The translations under genes were made by a program, and so were the position numbers. Below, in pieces: positions 40,494 to 54,059 of a DNA stretch of 64,000 bases. Source of the DNA: Podarcis liolepis (Eukaryota); NCBI GenBank assembly GCA_965112155.1, contig OZ218103.1; one strand, given 5' to 3'. The first letter of the stretch is position 1, and each line of letters starts with the position of its first letter. The notes beneath the pieces are model-generated. The model searched no databases and had not been told where the DNA came from. It saw only the letters and a list, made by a program, of their open reading frames with translations.

Positions 40494-43111
40494 CATTACT
40501 GTTGGGACAAAACAACAGCCAAGCTTCTTAGGATTTGTTTACTTAGCTACTAATGACCAAAATCAACTGTAGCTTACAGGTGTACTTGTGCTGTTGTACG
40601 AAGTGCACACAAAAAGACTCATAGAAATTAGTAAATGTAAACTGCATTTTCATTCTTGCTTTAGCTTAATTATGAGCCATACAAAAAATCTCTGTTTGAG
40701 AAGAGCCTTGCTTTTTTCCCTGAGGTTGAGTGCTAAGTAAATTAGTTTTTTAAAAAAGGCAAGAACACAGCCAACATTTTTTTCTTAATCTAATTAAGAA
40801 AATTTAAATAGAGGCGGTGACCATTTTGTGCATGTCCAATTGACATGCAACTGCTGACACGTGCATTGGTCTCAGGCCCGGGACAGGGGTGGAACGGGCT
40901 TACGCAGAAATGCTGACATGCACAATGACCCTGAACTCAACCCCTGCACAAACGGGGAGTTGCCTGTATTTTAATGTAATTAGTCTCTTCTATTTTCTGA
41001 GGAAGCTGAAACTTCATATGCTCAATTTAAAAAACCTCTTGACACAAATATAGTTTAGAAAAGGCAAAGCTAATAAATAGGCTTTATGGAGCCTAAGCTC
41101 TTGGCATATGGGCACATTGTAAAATATAATTTACAATGCAGTGCAGGCTAAGAAGCTGCTGAGCAGTAACAGCCTCAACTAAACCTGAAGTGCTGTTTTC
41201 ATTGTGAAAATAGAGCCCATTTCAAGACAGCCTAAAACAGGAGTGGGCAGAAGGTAGATCAGAACCTACTGAAAGATCTCTATGTGATTTGAAGCAGATC
41301 AGCAAGAATTTCTGACTCCCAGTTTAACAATGACAACAAAATTACTCTGCCATCCTGCTGAATCTGCAGAAGCCCCCCCCCAAAAAAGTTTGTGTGTTTC
41401 TGTTTGTGAAAGGGTTGTAATTTCAGTTCAGTTTTGGCATAAAATAAAACTTCTAGTCTCAGAATTCTTTAATTCTAAGCATCTGCTTCTTGCATCTGTC
41501 TCGGTGAGTGACAAGTTCTAGCAAAAAACAACAACAAAGTTCCTGCAAGCATGAAGCCTGCCTACCCCAGTCTATAGAGAAGTAGCACTTCCTGAAGATA
41601 AAAAAATGGTAATCAGCTTATTTCCTAGCAATCCGTAGGTCTGGCAGACCTCTGCAAATATGGCTTCCAATACATTGTTATTTCTTCTCATTGCTTCCTG
41701 ACATGCAATGAAACTAGAAACACCACAAAGGTTGCTTTTTGTGTGATCATAGATACAATCCATGTTGGTCCATAGAAAAGTAAGCAAAACAACATAAGAC
41801 TAAAGCCAAAACAATTCTCATACCTTCAGGTTTATAGAGCTGTAGATACATACATAGAAACTTTATTTGCATTAGCCACTAGCCATAGCAATAACGGTGT
41901 AGATACCATCAAGAGCATGTATAGAATCTATGGTCTTCTGCACAAATAAAATTTTTTCATTTATACGCATACAGACATTATACACATTTCAGGTAAATCA
42001 GCTGCAAATAAGTTAATGCTGATATTGCCTTAGAAAGGCAAAGCCAAGTAATATGTCCCAGAACAAGTGAAAAGCTACCAATGAAGGACAGCTTTAGCAT
42101 TTGAGAAGGGTAAAAGGAAAATATGAAGTCATATTCTTCTCAGTAGCCAAGAGCAGTAAAACCGTAAGATTCAGTTTATGAATTACATGACCACATTGGA
42201 CCACAAGTCTTAAGGGAATCTAAAACCAATGCATAATTAAGGTAATATATTACTTGTCACTATCCTTCCTATAAACCAAAACCAGGGCTCCACAAGATAG
42301 CAATTACTACACAGAGAGCAAAGCCAGGGCAGTTTATGATGCTTGGCTAATTTGGTCAGCAGCTTCATGCCACAGAATTATAGGTTTGTAAGTTCACTGT
42401 TATTTTATTCCACATATACATAATATAGTAGGCTTGCCTGTTAAGAGCTTGGCAGCACCAATATCGAAGACTTGAAAATTTAATTCTATTCTTATTAATC
42501 TGAATTCAAAGTAATAAAATAAAGTCGCATGCCTTACAAATTACCTAACCAAATGCATGGCCTTTCCTTAACAAGGAATATTATCTGGACATGGACTAAA
42601 GACATAGCAATCTTAGCAGAAATATGTACCCTGGCTGCCTTTCCTTTCAAAAAAATCAGACAGCTCACTTTCATCTTGAATGGATTACGATGGAAAGGTT
42701 AGCAACACAGACTGAAAACTAGATCCTAAGCAGTCAGGTAAAGATCAGCTGGGAATCTGGAACAAGCTTGGGATCTGAAGCTCTGAAACAAAACATGGAT
42801 GACTAAAGAATCATCCATGTATTTTCAAGAAAGCAAAACATGTTTTGAAGACGAGAAACTGAAAACCAAAGCAGGTGCTCTAACAGGATGTCTGCATTTT
42901 AAAGTATTTACAGTGGTGATATCCTATAGATTTGTGTACAGTACTTGCAATACAAACCATATATAGTATATTACAAGGTTCAGTTGCAAAAAGCATTGCT
43001 TCACATGACTTGTTGCAAGGCAAATGAGCACGTATTCTAAAGACAGACTAGGAACAAATTAGGAATTATAGAAAGGTTTATGCAGAAGACAAAAGGGAAA
43101 GTTGCAAAGTA

Positions 43112-43328
43112 CAGTTGTATCTTGGATCCTGGAACACCCTGGAACTCAGACGTTTTGGCTCCCGAACGCCGCAAACCTGTAAATGATTGTTCCGGTTTGC
43201 AAATGTTCTTATGGAACCTAAACGTCCAACGTGGCTTCTGAATCAGAACCCAAGATTTGGTTTTCAAACGTTTTGGAAGTCAAACAGACTTCCAGAACGG
43301 ATTCCTTTTGACTTCCAAGGTATGACTG
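43112..43328. mobile_element. TcMar/Tigger-like MITE
   Basis: TA|CAGTTGTATCTTGGA...TTCCAAGGTATGACTG|TA. Confidence 0.82.
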
Positions 43329-44099
43329 TACATGGGGGGGAAGTAGCGTGGGATAATTTGGTAAAGGTGTCTCAACATTAGACTACAGCACTGTAGTTGT
43401 GCTTCCAGGCATTGCTACATAGTAGTGATATATATCTGATCTAAAATCAGAAGTGACAAATATCTGAGAATCCTTGGCACAAGTATTCTACACGCCCAGT
43501 CAAGCTGGCAGTGTTTCCAGTCCTGGATGCAGCTGATCTACATAATAGGGAGAGTCCATGGGCTGGCTTTACATAAGCTGCACAAAGATGCACAAATGAG
43601 TTGCAGTTCTGGCTGCTCTATAGCCTGCGTTACGCATCACATTTTTCTTAGATGACCTCTGTGTGGGGAACTGCATATGCAACATGTGTCTCTCAATATG
43701 TCATGATTACACATGTTTGGAAACCATACAGGTCCCCAATGTGCAAACTGTAACAGCACAAAACATTTTCTGTTAAAATTACTAGTACATTTACAGGATG
43801 CCTCATAAAACTGATGCAAGCAGTTTAAACTTGTTTCACAAATTATGATTGGAAATTGATTACAGTACATTGTTAACAAGGTCCTATCAACTAATAGTAA
43901 ATAGAAATACTAACTAGGCAGGATTATTAAGGTGGGGGTCTTGAAGAAAGGTTAAAGCTTACTGGGAAATGGTATGTAATGAACTGAAAAAAGATGTTTA
44001 AAATAACATTTGTAAAAAACCCCCACAAAAAACAGAAGCTTTCCTTTTGGGAATTATAGGGATAGAACTACCCAAACTGTATAGAAAATTATTAAAGTA

Positions 44100-44290
44100 C
44101 TGTATTTTTCGCCCTATAGGACGCACATTTTCCCCTCCAAAAATGAAGGGAAAATGTGTGTGCATCCTATGGGGCGAATGCAAGCTTTCGCTGAAGCCTG
44201 GAGAGCGAGAGGGGTCGGTGCACACCGACCCCTCTCACTCTCCAGGCTTCAGGAGAGCCGCAGCGCCAGCCCCACAAGGTTGGGGGACAG
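44100..44290. mobile_element. TcMar-Tc2-like element fragment with an internal hairpin
   Basis: Starts TA|CTGTATTTTTCGCCCTATAGGACGCAC; 30-bp inverted arms at 44191-44220 and 44223-44252; right end not identified. Confidence 0.7.
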
Positions 44291-44769
44291 CGACTGACCC
44301 AAGGTTAACCACTGAGCTTCATGGCTGAATGGGGATTTGAACCCAACTAAGTCATAAACAGAGCTGATCACTAAAATCAATTACTTAAGTGATTTCAGTG
44401 AGTCTACCCTGAGCGCAACTTAGATACCACCCTTTGTATTTTCTAATTTCTTAGATATTATGTTGTTTGTAAAAGATATTGTTTCAGGCCACTCTGTTTG
44501 TATATAAGCACAACTGGATTTCAGAATTAGCTGAAATCCCTTGCATATAATTTCTGTTATAATGTTTCTGAATTAAATTTAGTTGCTGTGTTAGTCACTT
44601 TCTTCACAAATGTGACCAACAACAACATACAAAAACAGTATAAACACTAAAACCGATTATAATAAACACAACCAATAAAAAGCTAAAAGCACACCTATAT
44701 AGCCTGGAAGAAAGAAAAACACATCAACGTAGACAAGATAGGTCTTACAGATTCTGCCCGCTAAACAAA

Positions 44770-46020
44770 GCCACAAATTCAAATCGAGGGCCCTGGAAAA
44801 ACAGGAGTTTTTGCCTGGCACCTAAAAATAGATAAAGATGGCATAAAGATGCCTCTTCATGGGGAGTATCCCACAAGCAAGGAGCCACCAGTGAAAAGGC
44901 CCATTCTCGGGCTGCCACTCTCCGAACTTGCTATGGAGGGGTCAGATGGAGAAGGATTCAGATTATGAATGCTGGGTCCAAGTTGGTTCATGAGGGGAGA
45001 GGTGGTAATTGAGGCATTGGGATCCTGAGCTGCAGAATACTTCATAGGTTAAAAGGAGAACTTGAATTGGAGACTTGAAACTAACTGGCAGCCAGTTTTG
45101 TTGTTCCAGAATTGGTGTTACATGTACAGACCACTCTACCCAGGTCAACAATCTGGCAGCTGAATTTGTAATAGCTGCCGTTTCTGAACCAGCTTCAAAG
45201 GCAGCCCCCTGCAGAGCTTGTATGAGGTCTGGGGTGGGAGTCTTGTTAGAATAAAGTTATAAACTCAAACAAAGAAGCAACCTGTTCTTGGTGCAGGGCA
45301 CCCAACCAGCTTAGCCCTCCAAGGCCGGAGAGAAGTGTACTCAGCTGCCCCCACACTCTGCACAGGCTTGTTCAAAGGAAGGCCCCCCCCCAACGCACTG
45401 CAGTAATTTAACCTAGTGGTAACCACAGCATAAAGGTAAAGGTATAGGGACCCCTGACCATTAGGTCCAGTTGTGGCCGACTCTGGGATTGCGGTGCTCA
45501 TCTCGCTTTATTGGCCGGGGGAGCTGGCATACAGCTTCCGGGTCATGTGGCCAGCATGACTATGCCGCTTCTGGCGAACTAGAGCAGCACATGGAAATGC
45601 CGTTTACTTTCCCGCCAGAGCGGTACCTATTTATCTACTTGCACTTTGATGTGCTTTCGAACTGCTAGGTTGGCAGGAGCTGGGACTGAGCAACGGGAGC
45701 TCACCCTGTCGTGGGGATTCAAACCGCCAACCTTCTCATCGGCAAGTCCTAGGCTCTGTAGTTTAACCCACAGCGCCACCCGTGTCCCAAGCAAACCACA
45801 GAATAGTTAACAATTAAAGTTGGTGGAAGACACTCGGTGCCACCAAAGCCACTTGAGCCTCCAACAACCGGAACTGATTCAGAAGTACCTCCAAGCTGCA
45901 TATCTACTCTGATCCCATCCATCTGGTCAAGGGAACCACCCACTAAGTGCCTTTGTCTTGTTTGGATTGATCTTCAGATTATTGGCTCTCATCCTGCCCA
46001 TTACCAGGTGAGACATGGTG
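44770..46020 (-). mobile_element. Degraded L2 LINE fragments, interrupted by a Sauria SINE
   Basis: Minus-strand peptides YAVVTTRLNYCSAL..GLPL and HVTPILEQQNWLPVSFK..VLLLTYE match L2 ORF2; boundaries approximate. Confidence 0.65.
45432..45788 (-). mobile_element. Full-length Sauria SINE
   Basis: Minus strand starts GGGACACGGGTGGCGCTGTGGGTTAAAC, has a tRNA-derived B-box-like GGTTTGAATCCCC and ends with a TACCTTTACCTTT tail. Near-TSD AACCACAG(C/A)ATA at 45421-45432 and 45794-45805. Confidence 0.92.
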
Positions 46021-47476
46021 AGAACACCCATTCATAAATAAGTAAAAATAAGTATTAAGTACTGTTCTGCTCATTTGCTTGAATGGGACAGACGGTCCTT
46101 TAAAATAATCAAAGCCATACAAAGTGGAGTCTAAAGTTGTTCTACACCTGAAAAAATGCATATATACAAGTTAAACATGATTCTGAAACTGGCATGCCAG
46201 CATTTCACATCCTGGCAGAGGCGTCACACATCCTACTCCAACCTTCAAGTACAAAAGCAATCTATTCACATTATGTAAAATTTAGTGTGCTTTGACTGCT
46301 GCACACTGAATTCACGTCAGCTGAATATTTATGAGCAGATTACAGAAACAAATTTACCACTTTAGCCTTCAGCTAAGTTTAAAGGCATTCAAATATTTAT
46401 ACTAACTACAGCCCACTTCAGACATAAGTTCAATCCTTAATTTATTCCACAGTGAAGTGAAGAAATAAGCAAGGTTCTGCTATATTATGTTTTGCTTCTT
46501 CCTTTGATATTTCTACACCCTGCTTTTAAGCCATTGTCAGGGTGCCGACTTCAGCCTTTGCCATTCAACAAGCCTACAAATTGGGGCAGGATCTGAGGTA
46601 TATAGTGTGCCCCATTGGCTCGGAAAAGGCTCTTACTGACAAGCCAGTAGTATCTGTCTTACTTAAGGGCTCAAGGTAGGGCAGAACTCTGCCTTGTGCA
46701 GCTTCAGGTTGGGAACGAAAGTGAGCACCTATAAACAAGTCATTCCTTCCCATTTTAACCTAACTTATACACAGTGCTGGTTTTCTAGAAAAAGATGCCA
46801 GAACTCACCATGAACACCATCCTTGTTCTCTTATAATGATAGGATCAATATATTAACACAGGATTTTCATGAAAGTATCAAGGTATTTTAAGAGAACATA
46901 AATTTCTAATGATGCCTAGTGTAGACATAACTTCAACTTAGCTAACTATTTAAGAAATTATGAGTAAATTTCAATCTCCCCACACTTGAGTTATTTCTCT
47001 CTCCTTGTCAGTGTAAATCATGAGATAGCTTTGCATCTGTTAAGAGTTACATTAAACATGGTTGCAAACCAGTGCTAAACTCCTGGTTAAAACGCTAACT
47101 TAACAACTTTAATGTGCCCTGGGTTAGATTCAGATTAAGTTAACCATACTTATTTCCATATAAAATCAATGAAAGCAAAAAGGAAGTGCCTTGGTCCACA
47201 AGAAAAATATGCAAAAATCCACAACCTGGCAACAGCTTTATTAGGAGGAAGCAACATGTCACAAAATAATGAGCAAGCTTTCCTTTAGCTGTTTGGATGC
47301 TGTGCAGAGGCAGGGGATTAGTGAAGAGAGGAAGAGCAAAAGTTTGGCTGGTCTGGATATAACTCAGCCTACAGATGGAGACTGCAGACCATACTGGATT
47401 AGTCTCTAGTCAGCGCAGGTTTCAGGTTATACCTAATTCTGTTCTGGGGGTTCCTTGAACTATCTGGAGCAGATAG

Positions 47477-47649
47477 ATTCAGGTAGGTAGCCATGTTGGT
47501 CTGACACAGTCGAAATAAATAAAAAATTGTCCAGTAGCACCTTAGAGACCAACTAAGTTTGTTCTGGGTATAAGCATGCATACGAAAGCTTATACCCAGA
47601 ACAAACTTAGCTGGTCTCTAAGGTGCTACTGGACAATTTTTTATTTATT
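47477..47649. mobile_element. Penelope-like inverted terminal fragment forming a long hairpin
   Basis: GTAGCCATGTTGGTCTG...GTCCAGTAGCACCTTAGAGACCAACTAAG..., with 63-bp inverted arms; flanked by the direct repeat TGGAGCAGATAG at 47465-47476 and 47650-47661. Confidence 0.75.
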
Positions 47650-50315
47650 TGGAGCAGATAGGGGAGAGGAAATTCTGTGTTGAAGGCAAAAATCCTTGCG
47701 CTAACAGGATGACTTTGTTGGATACCAGTCTTCATCTAGACTCAGCTAGATAATGGTTAATGCTGACAAGGAAAGAGGAATTTCACATGGGAGAAGAGGA
47801 AGGAGTATGATCTCCTATGAAAGGAAAAGTCTATTTTCTAACCAGCTCAGTAAACTGCATGTCAGTTAAAGCAGTTCTTTTAACAGCAATTAGCGTTCTG
47901 CTAAATAGCTACCAAATACATGAGTCAAGAGCTGGACTTGCTTAATTTTTTCAAAATGCAGCCTAGACTACCATCAGAACACAGATGGAACAGCAAATAA
48001 CCATTAGTACAGAACAGCAGGATGAGTAACTGTTCCAGCAGTTCTCTATAGTCCTAGTATCACTGACCCCAATCAGAGTCTTTAAAGATGATGTAACCAA
48101 TAATTCTGAAAGAAACAGACTGAACATTAAAACATCATTGGAAAGGTATTGTGAAAGCTCTTCAATGCCCTGTTTGGGAAACAGAACATCTTGAACTATT
48201 TAAGGCCACTATATACAAGTTTAGACAGCAGTTGCACTCATTTATAATTTTCCAACACAAAATATTTAGATAGGAGTTAGTAACCAAGATCAAAACTGCA
48301 AGTGTTAATGGCAGTATTCATTTTTGCAATGCATGAGACAGTTTCCAGACCAAGAACTGTTATTATATGCAATGTAATATATTTACCCCTAACATAAATT
48401 GAATCATATGTAGCACTTCCAGCAAACAGTACAAAATTATCAGTCATGGCATTAATCCACAGCAATGCAAACAGAACACACCACTGTGCATAACCACCCA
48501 CCTTGATAAAACAAATATTTGTTTCTGATGCTTAGTACAGGTATTTTTATTGTTTTAATATTAAAGGAATCCAATTCCTTATGGAAAAACAATTCTGCTG
48601 TTTTGTAAAACAGATTTTTCTGCAGTCAGCTGATTATATTAATTTTGCCTGATACTTCCTTCAGCTGCCACACATAGAGGTGATTGTTTGACAGGTGAAA
48701 ATTTAGGCATGTGTATTGCAGATACCTGAAAACATTAGAGCACAAAAGGGCAGTGTACTGAATCCACAAAACCAATGAACTCAGAGCTAGCACAAAATCT
48801 GCAAGCATAATCTTCTAGACCTCGACTATAGATTAAATGTGTTCCACTCCCAATTTTTCTTCCTACAACTTCCTATACTTTTGTCATGTGATGGACTAGC
48901 CTTTTGCAGGCAAAGCAAGAAGAAAAATGCTGTGGCATATGACTCCATACGTATATGGACTTGTTTGCATAACACTGCTTGGGCTAATGAAAGTCCTAAG
49001 TAAAGACAGATACACACAGGGAGTCATGAACTCTTAATCCCACCTCTCCTCCCCTGCACCCCCACTCCTTTCTATCAGTAGCCCACCCCCTCCTCAGGTT
49101 CATTATTTGCTACCTATGTAGTTTTGGTAAAAGAAAATGGTGTACTTTTTAAAAAATAGACAGTATTGCCGGTACTTCAAAAATAAGACACAGAATGCAT
49201 ATAGTGTTAGATTCAGAGAACAATGCTTCCAAAATAATCCCATGTTCACAGTATTTTTGGAAACTATATCCCATTGTCACCCTGGCTAGGTGGGCACAGG
49301 ACAGGTCCTCCTGTTATTTTAAATAAATTTATTTATCATCTTCCCAAATGTGCAGAATCATTTAATATAAAGGTTAATCTATTTCTTATGATTACAAAGA
49401 CATGCCACTGAACTATATAAATAGTGATTCTTTTACATAAATAGTGACTCCATTATTTCACAACGGATGTAATTTGCCAGACAAGCGAATTCCCTTTACA
49501 TTCGTTTTAGACTGGACATGTAGTTCCTCAAAACTGACCCTCAGCTGGAGTTTGAGCCCCTTTTAATTATTTAGAAGCAGTTTATACTTGCATCTTTCAT
49601 GTGACTCTACTTTTAGAGTCCGTAGAATCAGCATTACTGAAGAATGCTTCAGTAATGCTGTGGTGAAGCTTCAAGAGGGACACTTAATCTTAGCTGAGTT
49701 ATTCACTAAGGCAACTTTCTATCAGCAAGTTTAACCAGTTAGTGGTCTTGCACATGTAACAGTAAGCTGGCTTTCTATTAATCTTCTGAACTAGTTCCTT
49801 TATGCTACCTGTGCAAAAGTATTTAGGAACTCCTCATCTTTACTGATGACTTCTCATTTATACAAAGCAGACAGTGGTGACCTAGATATGTGACCCACTC
49901 TTTTCTACAAGCTATTCTAGAGAGACTAAGCTGTGGAAGCTTTTCCAATGTGACAACTGATTCTCCAGCACTTTCAGCTTCCTCCCCCCCACCCCCCACC
50001 CCAGCAGTACAGAATTCATTCTACAAAGTCGCAGACAAGCCAAGGGAATTCACACCCTGAACCTGAATTTCTAACAATATGTTTAAAAATCTTTTAAGCA
50101 CCCCCCCCCCTCAATTCTGCACCAACTATGTTCAGAGCTCCAGGTTCAATTTATGAGGATAAATTGTAATTATCTACAAAAAGGGGAAGTAAAACAGAGA
50201 TATGACAGAAAAGCATCATCTCCAATCTTTTTACCCTCCAAAATGCTGTATTAAAATCAACTCTTGCAACAATATTCCACCGAAAACAGATTTATAAGGT
50301 CAAGGTCAGCCTTAC

Positions 50316-50857
50316 CTCATCCCACTCTGAAGCAAATGAAGGTGATTTCTCCAGCCTTTTCTTTCCAGCACTACAATTGGAAAGTGATTCACTTCTGCTC
50401 CCCATAGTATCGTCCTCTGTTGGGGAGGTGGTCAAGAGGTCAGAGTCCGATTTTGACAAGCTACGGCTAAGTTTGAGTTCTGCTCTGGGCTTGCCTCCTG
50501 GGTAAATTCTGCCCACAACACTGCTCTTGTCTCCTTCCTCAGCACCACCAGGGTGCTGTGGCAAGTGAGGATGTGCTAAAGTTTCAGGGTCCAACTTGTT
50601 GTCACTGGTATGGCGGACAGTTGAATAGACCACTTTATTTTGGTCTGCACTGCTAGTCTGTACCGATATGGATTCCTCAACATCTTCAAGCTGCATAGCA
50701 GTCCCCTCGGTACTTCCTTTGCCCACAGCAGAAATAAGCCTGAAAGGGTCCTCATTTATTTCACACACCGGAGAAGAACCATGCAGCAGACCTGAGAACT
50801 GATCCAGCACTTGGACATCTTGGGCATCTGCTTGGCTGTTGCTGCTCCTCCTTTGGT
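50316..50857 (-). CDS. ANKS1A: ANKS1A large linker exon, 542 nt (DQRRSS...[11 protein letters not shown]...[15 protein letters not shown]...[28 protein letters not shown])
   Basis: CCGAAG| acceptor after a T-rich tract, GAG|GTAAGG donor; phase 1 to 0; corresponds to ORF 50292..50891. Confidence 0.96.
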
Positions 50858-51951
50858 CTTCGGTAAGATGGAAGCAAAACAAAAAAAACAAAGGCCAAAC
50901 ACAGAAATTAAGAAACAGAGCTTCGGCTTTCCCTCACTGAGAGGGAGAAATTAAAAAGAACAGTTCAGTATTGTTCTGAGTGCTCAGATCGTACCCGAAG
51001 TCAGAGCATTTATGAAATTCCAAACACTGGCCTGATTTATGCAATCTGGCAGCCCGCCCCGTTTCATTTTATTCCTGTTAACACTAACAATCAGCCCTTG
51101 CTATATAAGGTTTGGAGAAGTGCTAACTATACTCTGCAGAGAGAGGGGCAGGCTGAGACTCCTGGAACACAAGATATTTCCATAAAGGCCAAAGTGTTAT
51201 TTAGAGCAGCACTCCCTACCCTTGGCACAGAGCACTGGGTGGGGAAAAATAAAAGCTGCAAACAACCTGCAAGTTCAAAAACATTTCCCCCTCCTCCCTA
51301 CAGCTGCTTCCTTCCCTAGTGGCTTGAGCTCACCTCCTTATGCAAGAGAAATAAGAGCTCTGTAGTGAGGTTAACTCCACCAAAAGCTTGCTTCTCATTA
51401 ACAAATTCCTCTACACAGAGTGGATTGCCCTATTGCTTGCAATATGAACTGCTGCTGAAACGTGACACTTAACAACAAATTAAAACATAAGTCTAGTATC
51501 AAATAAGAGGACCTGATTTAAAGCATTGGCAGATATGAATTATTCAAAAGTTTGTAGCGAAGAGACAGTTTTATTAATACAATTTCCAATACTCACTATA
51601 GGTAAAAGTGAAATTTAAAGACCTTCCCCCACCTAGCATCCTAACTACAATACAAAGGTCCTTAATAGCTAAATACGGGATGGTGTTTAAAGGGCAGAAA
51701 GAGGCAGGACCAAAAACATGGCCTTTTATAGTACATATCACCCTTGGTTAAAGGAATCAAAATGTTATGCCTAGGTTTCAAGCCCTAAGTCCCCCTTTGT
51801 AGCCATTTTAGAGCTTCTTTTATATTTCCACAACAGCCATGTGAGGTAGGCGAGGCTGAGAGTTGGTGACTGGCCCAAGGCAGAAAGTGAACAAGAAACA
51901 ATTATGACTTATAGGAGTTTATAATGTGAAACTTCATGTGCTCAGAGTATT

Positions 51952-51974
51952 TTTGTTTGTTTGTTTGTTTGTTT
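51952..51974. repeat. (TTTG)n microsatellite
   Basis: About 5.75 units. Confidence 0.85.
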
Positions 51975-52631
51975 ATCAAGGTTTTGTTTGGGGTTTGCCG
52001 AGAGCTGTCAAACTCCTCAGGCTCAGAGCATATTTTGTAGTCCACAAAATATGATACCATGATTAATTACTCAGGCTTTAAGATACTACAATACTTATTT
52101 TTTGGTACCTTATTTCATGTGTTCTTTTTTTAGAGGAAGGGGGCCCCAATTTTGGGAACTGCACCGGGATCCACAACCATTTTAATCCAGCCTTGGCTAA
52201 AGGTCAGAGGAAAGAAAGAGATAAAAGTGCAGAATGTCTTCCCACCTTTTGTGCAAGGACTGAGACTATTTAATGTGGTATCTATACGTAATGTTAATAT
52301 TTAGCAGCACTGCATTCAGAGGGTGGAGAAGCAGCTGACAGTGTGTGTTGCACACTGGAACATTTGACTGTCCCAAAGCCAGCAATGAAGCCCAACAATA
52401 GGGTCACTGTTCAAGTGAAACAGTGGATGTGCTTTCCATCTCCTAAAAGCAAAACAGCAAACAGAAAAATATTGTCTGTCATGAGCAAAGTCTTGTGAGA
52501 AACCTTTGCAAGCGTTTTAGTAATGCTCCATATTTAACACTCCAAACTATGCTTTGCTATCAGAAAAACTGGTGTTGCTTTTTTCTAAGCAGACTTCAGT
52601 GAAATTGGAAAGACTTTGAATGAGCACTTAC

Positions 52632-52746
52632 CTTTTGATTCAGGACTTGGATATTGCTCAGAATGACTAGAAGCAAAGTCAGAAGAAGCTTGGCAATTCA
52701 GTGGCCACTGGCAATCTTGGGAAGACTGACCTTTTCGTGGCCAGGC
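52632..52746 (-). CDS. ANKS1A: Candidate additional ANKS1A exon, 115 nt (AWPRKGQSSQDCQWPLNCQASSDFASSHSEQYPSPESK)
   Basis: CCTTTTGCAG| acceptor, consensus AAAG|GTAAGT donor; phase 0 to 1; open frame; joins the phase-1 acceptor at 50857. Confidence 0.66.
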
Positions 52747-53213
52747 CTGCAAAAGGATCTTATATTATTTAAGTTCCAATGCCATTATCAAAGCAGCATG
52801 TGCCAAAGCGCAAACTCTACACGCAGAATAATACTCCTGCAACTAAGTACAAAATGTTTTCTATGTATCCCGCTTCCAAGGTTTCAAATATGACTTTGTA
52901 TAAGTGGGAACTTTGACAAGTGGCAGAAAGGAATAGAAGGGTGAAAAGGACAAAACGTTGGTTTAGATCATGAATTAGATGATCTTTCCCCACTAGGCAA
53001 ATACGTCACATGAAGAAGTCACAGGCATTTTCCTTCTTTCACTTACTTCATGTACAGTCCTTTGCCATTTAAGCCCATACTGACTAACTTGCATATAAGC
53101 TGCAAATTGTTTTTGCTCCTACAGTAAACATAAAATGTTAAGATTTCCCTCCCAAGCTGTTTATATCCATTATATTTAGGTTCAATGCATATTAAGGATC
53201 AATCCTGTCCTAC

Positions 53214-53254
53214 CTGTGGCTGGACACTGCTGGCAGGACCTGAAGATGATTCAC
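53214..53254 (-). CDS. ANKS1A: Candidate additional ANKS1A exon, 41 nt (GESSSGPASSVQPQ)
   Basis: TTTTATTTTTAAATTCTTAG| acceptor, CAG|GTAGGA donor; phase 1 to 0; open frame. Confidence 0.62.
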
Positions 53255-53721
53255 CTAAGAATTTAAAAATAAAAATATTTAACTATGAATTCCTGTCCTT
53301 GGCCAGTAACAGTTAAGAGAAAGGCAGCAGGTAACTGTGGAAGGTGGGATCACTGAAATACAGTTTCCAAACAGACAGGTGGTTTTCCAGCCCTACAAAG
53401 CAGTGTGTCAACTTTTCCTCCATCATGTGGATAACCGCTTATAGCCTAAAGGAGTAGATCATGCTCAGAAAGAAAATGGGGGTAGGGGAAAGGCAGCATA
53501 AATCCTACCTGGAAGACAGTTGTTTGGAGGCAACTGTCAAAATTGGGGAACTATGTCACAACACTAGATTACTATCAGCAGTACAACAGTAAAAGTTGGG
53601 CTGCATAAAACTACGAAGGACCATAGTTCAGTAGGATAGCATTGCCCCACATTCAATCCTCATCATCTACTTTCTGATAGAAGAGGCACACAGACATGGG
53701 CCTCAGATGTCTTTCATAGGG

Positions 53722-53915
53722 CAGAGCTTTCCAAACTGTGTGTTGTGACATTTAAGTGTGTCGGCTGCAGTGTGTAGGTGTGTCATGCAAACACTCCCCG
53801 TGTTCCTCCCAGGGCTATAAAGGGGTTCGTTTAACCTCCGGTTTGCTGGTTAGTGTCGTGAAATTATGCATGTCTTAAAAGTGTGTCACCGACATGAAAA
53901 GTCTGGAAAGCTCTG
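53722..53915. mobile_element. hAT MITE, 194 bp
   Basis: TIRs CAGAGCTTTCCAAACT...AGTCTGGAAAGCTCTG; perfect 8-bp TSD TCATAGGG at 53714-53721 and 53916-53923. Confidence 0.93.
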
Positions 53916-54059
53916 TCATAGGGTCTGGGTCACTTCATATGGGGAGAGGCACTCCTTGTCAGCTTATTAGTCAAGTCAGTGAGTATTGTGAAGGGAGTTG
54001 GCGTCTGTATTACGTTTTGAATTACTGTGGTAACAGAGGTTCCTTGTACTTTTATATAC

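Noticed and set aside
45690-45788. tRNA-like A/B boxes
   Set aside because: They are the tRNA-derived head of the Sauria SINE, not a tRNA gene.
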